Part shown: positions 31,355 to 32,000 of the stretch, piece by piece
Numbering within the stretch: the stretch's first letter is position 1
Layout of the letters: each line of letters starts with the position of its first letter
Assembly: GCF_000008465.1 (NCBI RefSeq)
Contig: NC_006512.1
Span: 120,001-152,000 of the forward strand
Source: Idiomarina loihiensis L2TR
Lineage (GTDB): Bacteria > Pseudomonadota > Gammaproteobacteria > Enterobacterales > Alteromonadaceae
Reading direction: 5' to 3'
DNA: 32,000 bases
Notes under the pieces: generated by a model
Database searches by the model: none
Seen by the model: only the letters and a program-made list of their open reading frames with translations
Told to the model about the DNA's origin: nothing
Made by a program: the position numbers and the translations under genes

Positions 31355-32000
31355 AGGTATGGCTGAACGAGTTCTTGTCACGGGTTCCGGTAAGGGAATA
31401 GGACGTGCAATTGCCTTGCAGCTGGCAAAAGATGGTTTTGATTTGGCCATCCATTGTCGCTCAGACAAAGCTTCAGCAGAGCAAGTTGTGGATGAAGTGA
31501 AATCACTGGGTCGACAAGCGTCTTTGCTGGTTTTTGATGTCAGTGACCGCGAGGCTGCACGCAACGCAATTGAGCAGGATATTGCTGATAATGGCGCTTA
31601 TTATGGTGCGGTTTGTAATGCAGGCATTACCCGTGACGGTGCCTTTCCATCGTTAACCGAAGATGACTGGGACAGCGTTTTGCAAACGAATCTGGGTGGC
31701 TTCTATAACGTGCTGCATCCGTTAATTATGCCGATGATTCAGCAACGCCGGGGTGGCCGTGTGGTGACTATTGCTTCAGTTTCCGGTATCGCCGGTAATC
31801 GCGGGCAGGTGAATTACAGTGCGTCTAAAGGCGGTGTGATTGCTGCTACTAAAGCTTTATCTCTGGAGTTGGCTAAGCGCAAAATTACTGTCAATTGCGT
31901 AGCGCCGGGGCTCATTGAAACGGACATGACTGAAGAGCTGGAACACGGTAAGGAAATTTTGTCGATGATACCCATGCGCCGTGCAGGTAAGCCGGAAGAA
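31347..32000 (+). CDS. fabG: 3-oxoacyl-ACP reductase, SDR family (ApeQ-like), first 218 codons; continues beyond the right window edge
   Basis: Absent from the ORF track because it runs off the window. Manual translation from ATG 31347 gives MVEGMAERVLVTGSGKGIGRAIA (TGxxxGIG). It continues through NAGITRD and the catalytic YSASKGGV (YxxxK) to NCVAPGLIETDM, with no stop to position 32000. Its start overlaps the upstream stop (TGA 31352-31354). Confidence 0.85.
   Translation, partial: MVEGMAERVLVTGSGKGIGRAIALQLAKDGFDLAIHCRSDKASAEQVVDEVKSLGRQASLLVFDVSDREAARNAIEQDIADNGAYYGAVCNAGITRDGAFPSLTEDDWDSVLQTNLGGFYNVLHPLIMPMIQQRRGGRVVTIASVSGIAGNRGQVNYSASKGGVIAATKALSLELAKRKITVNCVAPGLIETDMTEELEHGKEILSMIPMRRAGKPEE

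Noticed and set aside
1-32000. Search for CRISPR arrays, tRNA/rRNA genes, IS elements, integrases, toxin-antitoxin or other defence-type genes
   Set aside because: No direct-repeat/spacer periodicity, cloverleaf-like RNA genes, terminal inverted repeats or transposase/recombinase motifs were noticed on either strand. The window looks like core or accessory metabolism, not a mobile island.

Overview
Gene-dense chromosomal window, probably from a marine gammaproteobacterium (Alteromonadales-like receptor and envelope proteins; this is inference). I saw no rRNA, tRNA, CRISPR array, transposase, integrase or obvious defence genes. Contents from left to right follow. (1) A divergent haem-uptake locus: an edge-truncated TonB-dependent haem receptor (1-1773, minus strand, absent from the supplied ORF track) faces hmuT-hmuU-hmuV and a HugZ-family gene, with a candidate Fur box between them. 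(2) A 942-aa TonB-dependent receptor, followed 4 nt later by a secreted metallophosphoesterase that keeps all canonical motifs. (3) A compact two-gene membrane module behind its own near-consensus sigma70 promoter. It encodes a UPF0104/MprF-flippase-like protein translationally coupled to a 739-aa fusion: TM helix, metallophosphoesterase-like domain with nearly all metal ligands substituted, TM segment, then a GT4 glycosyltransferase. (4) A DUF3429 membrane protein divergent from a CRY-DASH cryptochrome, then galE. (5) A short Sfp-type phosphopantetheinyl transferase divergent from 18 co-directional, tightly packed genes (17275 to the right window edge). These form an aryl-polyene (APE)/xanthomonadin-like type II PKS/FAS cluster. 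It includes an MIO ammonia-lyase, a flavin-halogenase-like protein, two lipid acyltransferases, a GT2, and a LolA-like/MMPL/DUF3261 export set. Its last visible gene (fabG-like, 31347-32000) runs off the window and is also missing from the ORF track. The strongest candidate for something undescribed is the flippase-like plus pseudo-phosphoesterase-GT4 module. The APE-type cluster belongs to a known class, but its lyase and halogenase-like genes deserve attention. All functional calls rest on motif reading by eye; no database search was possible.
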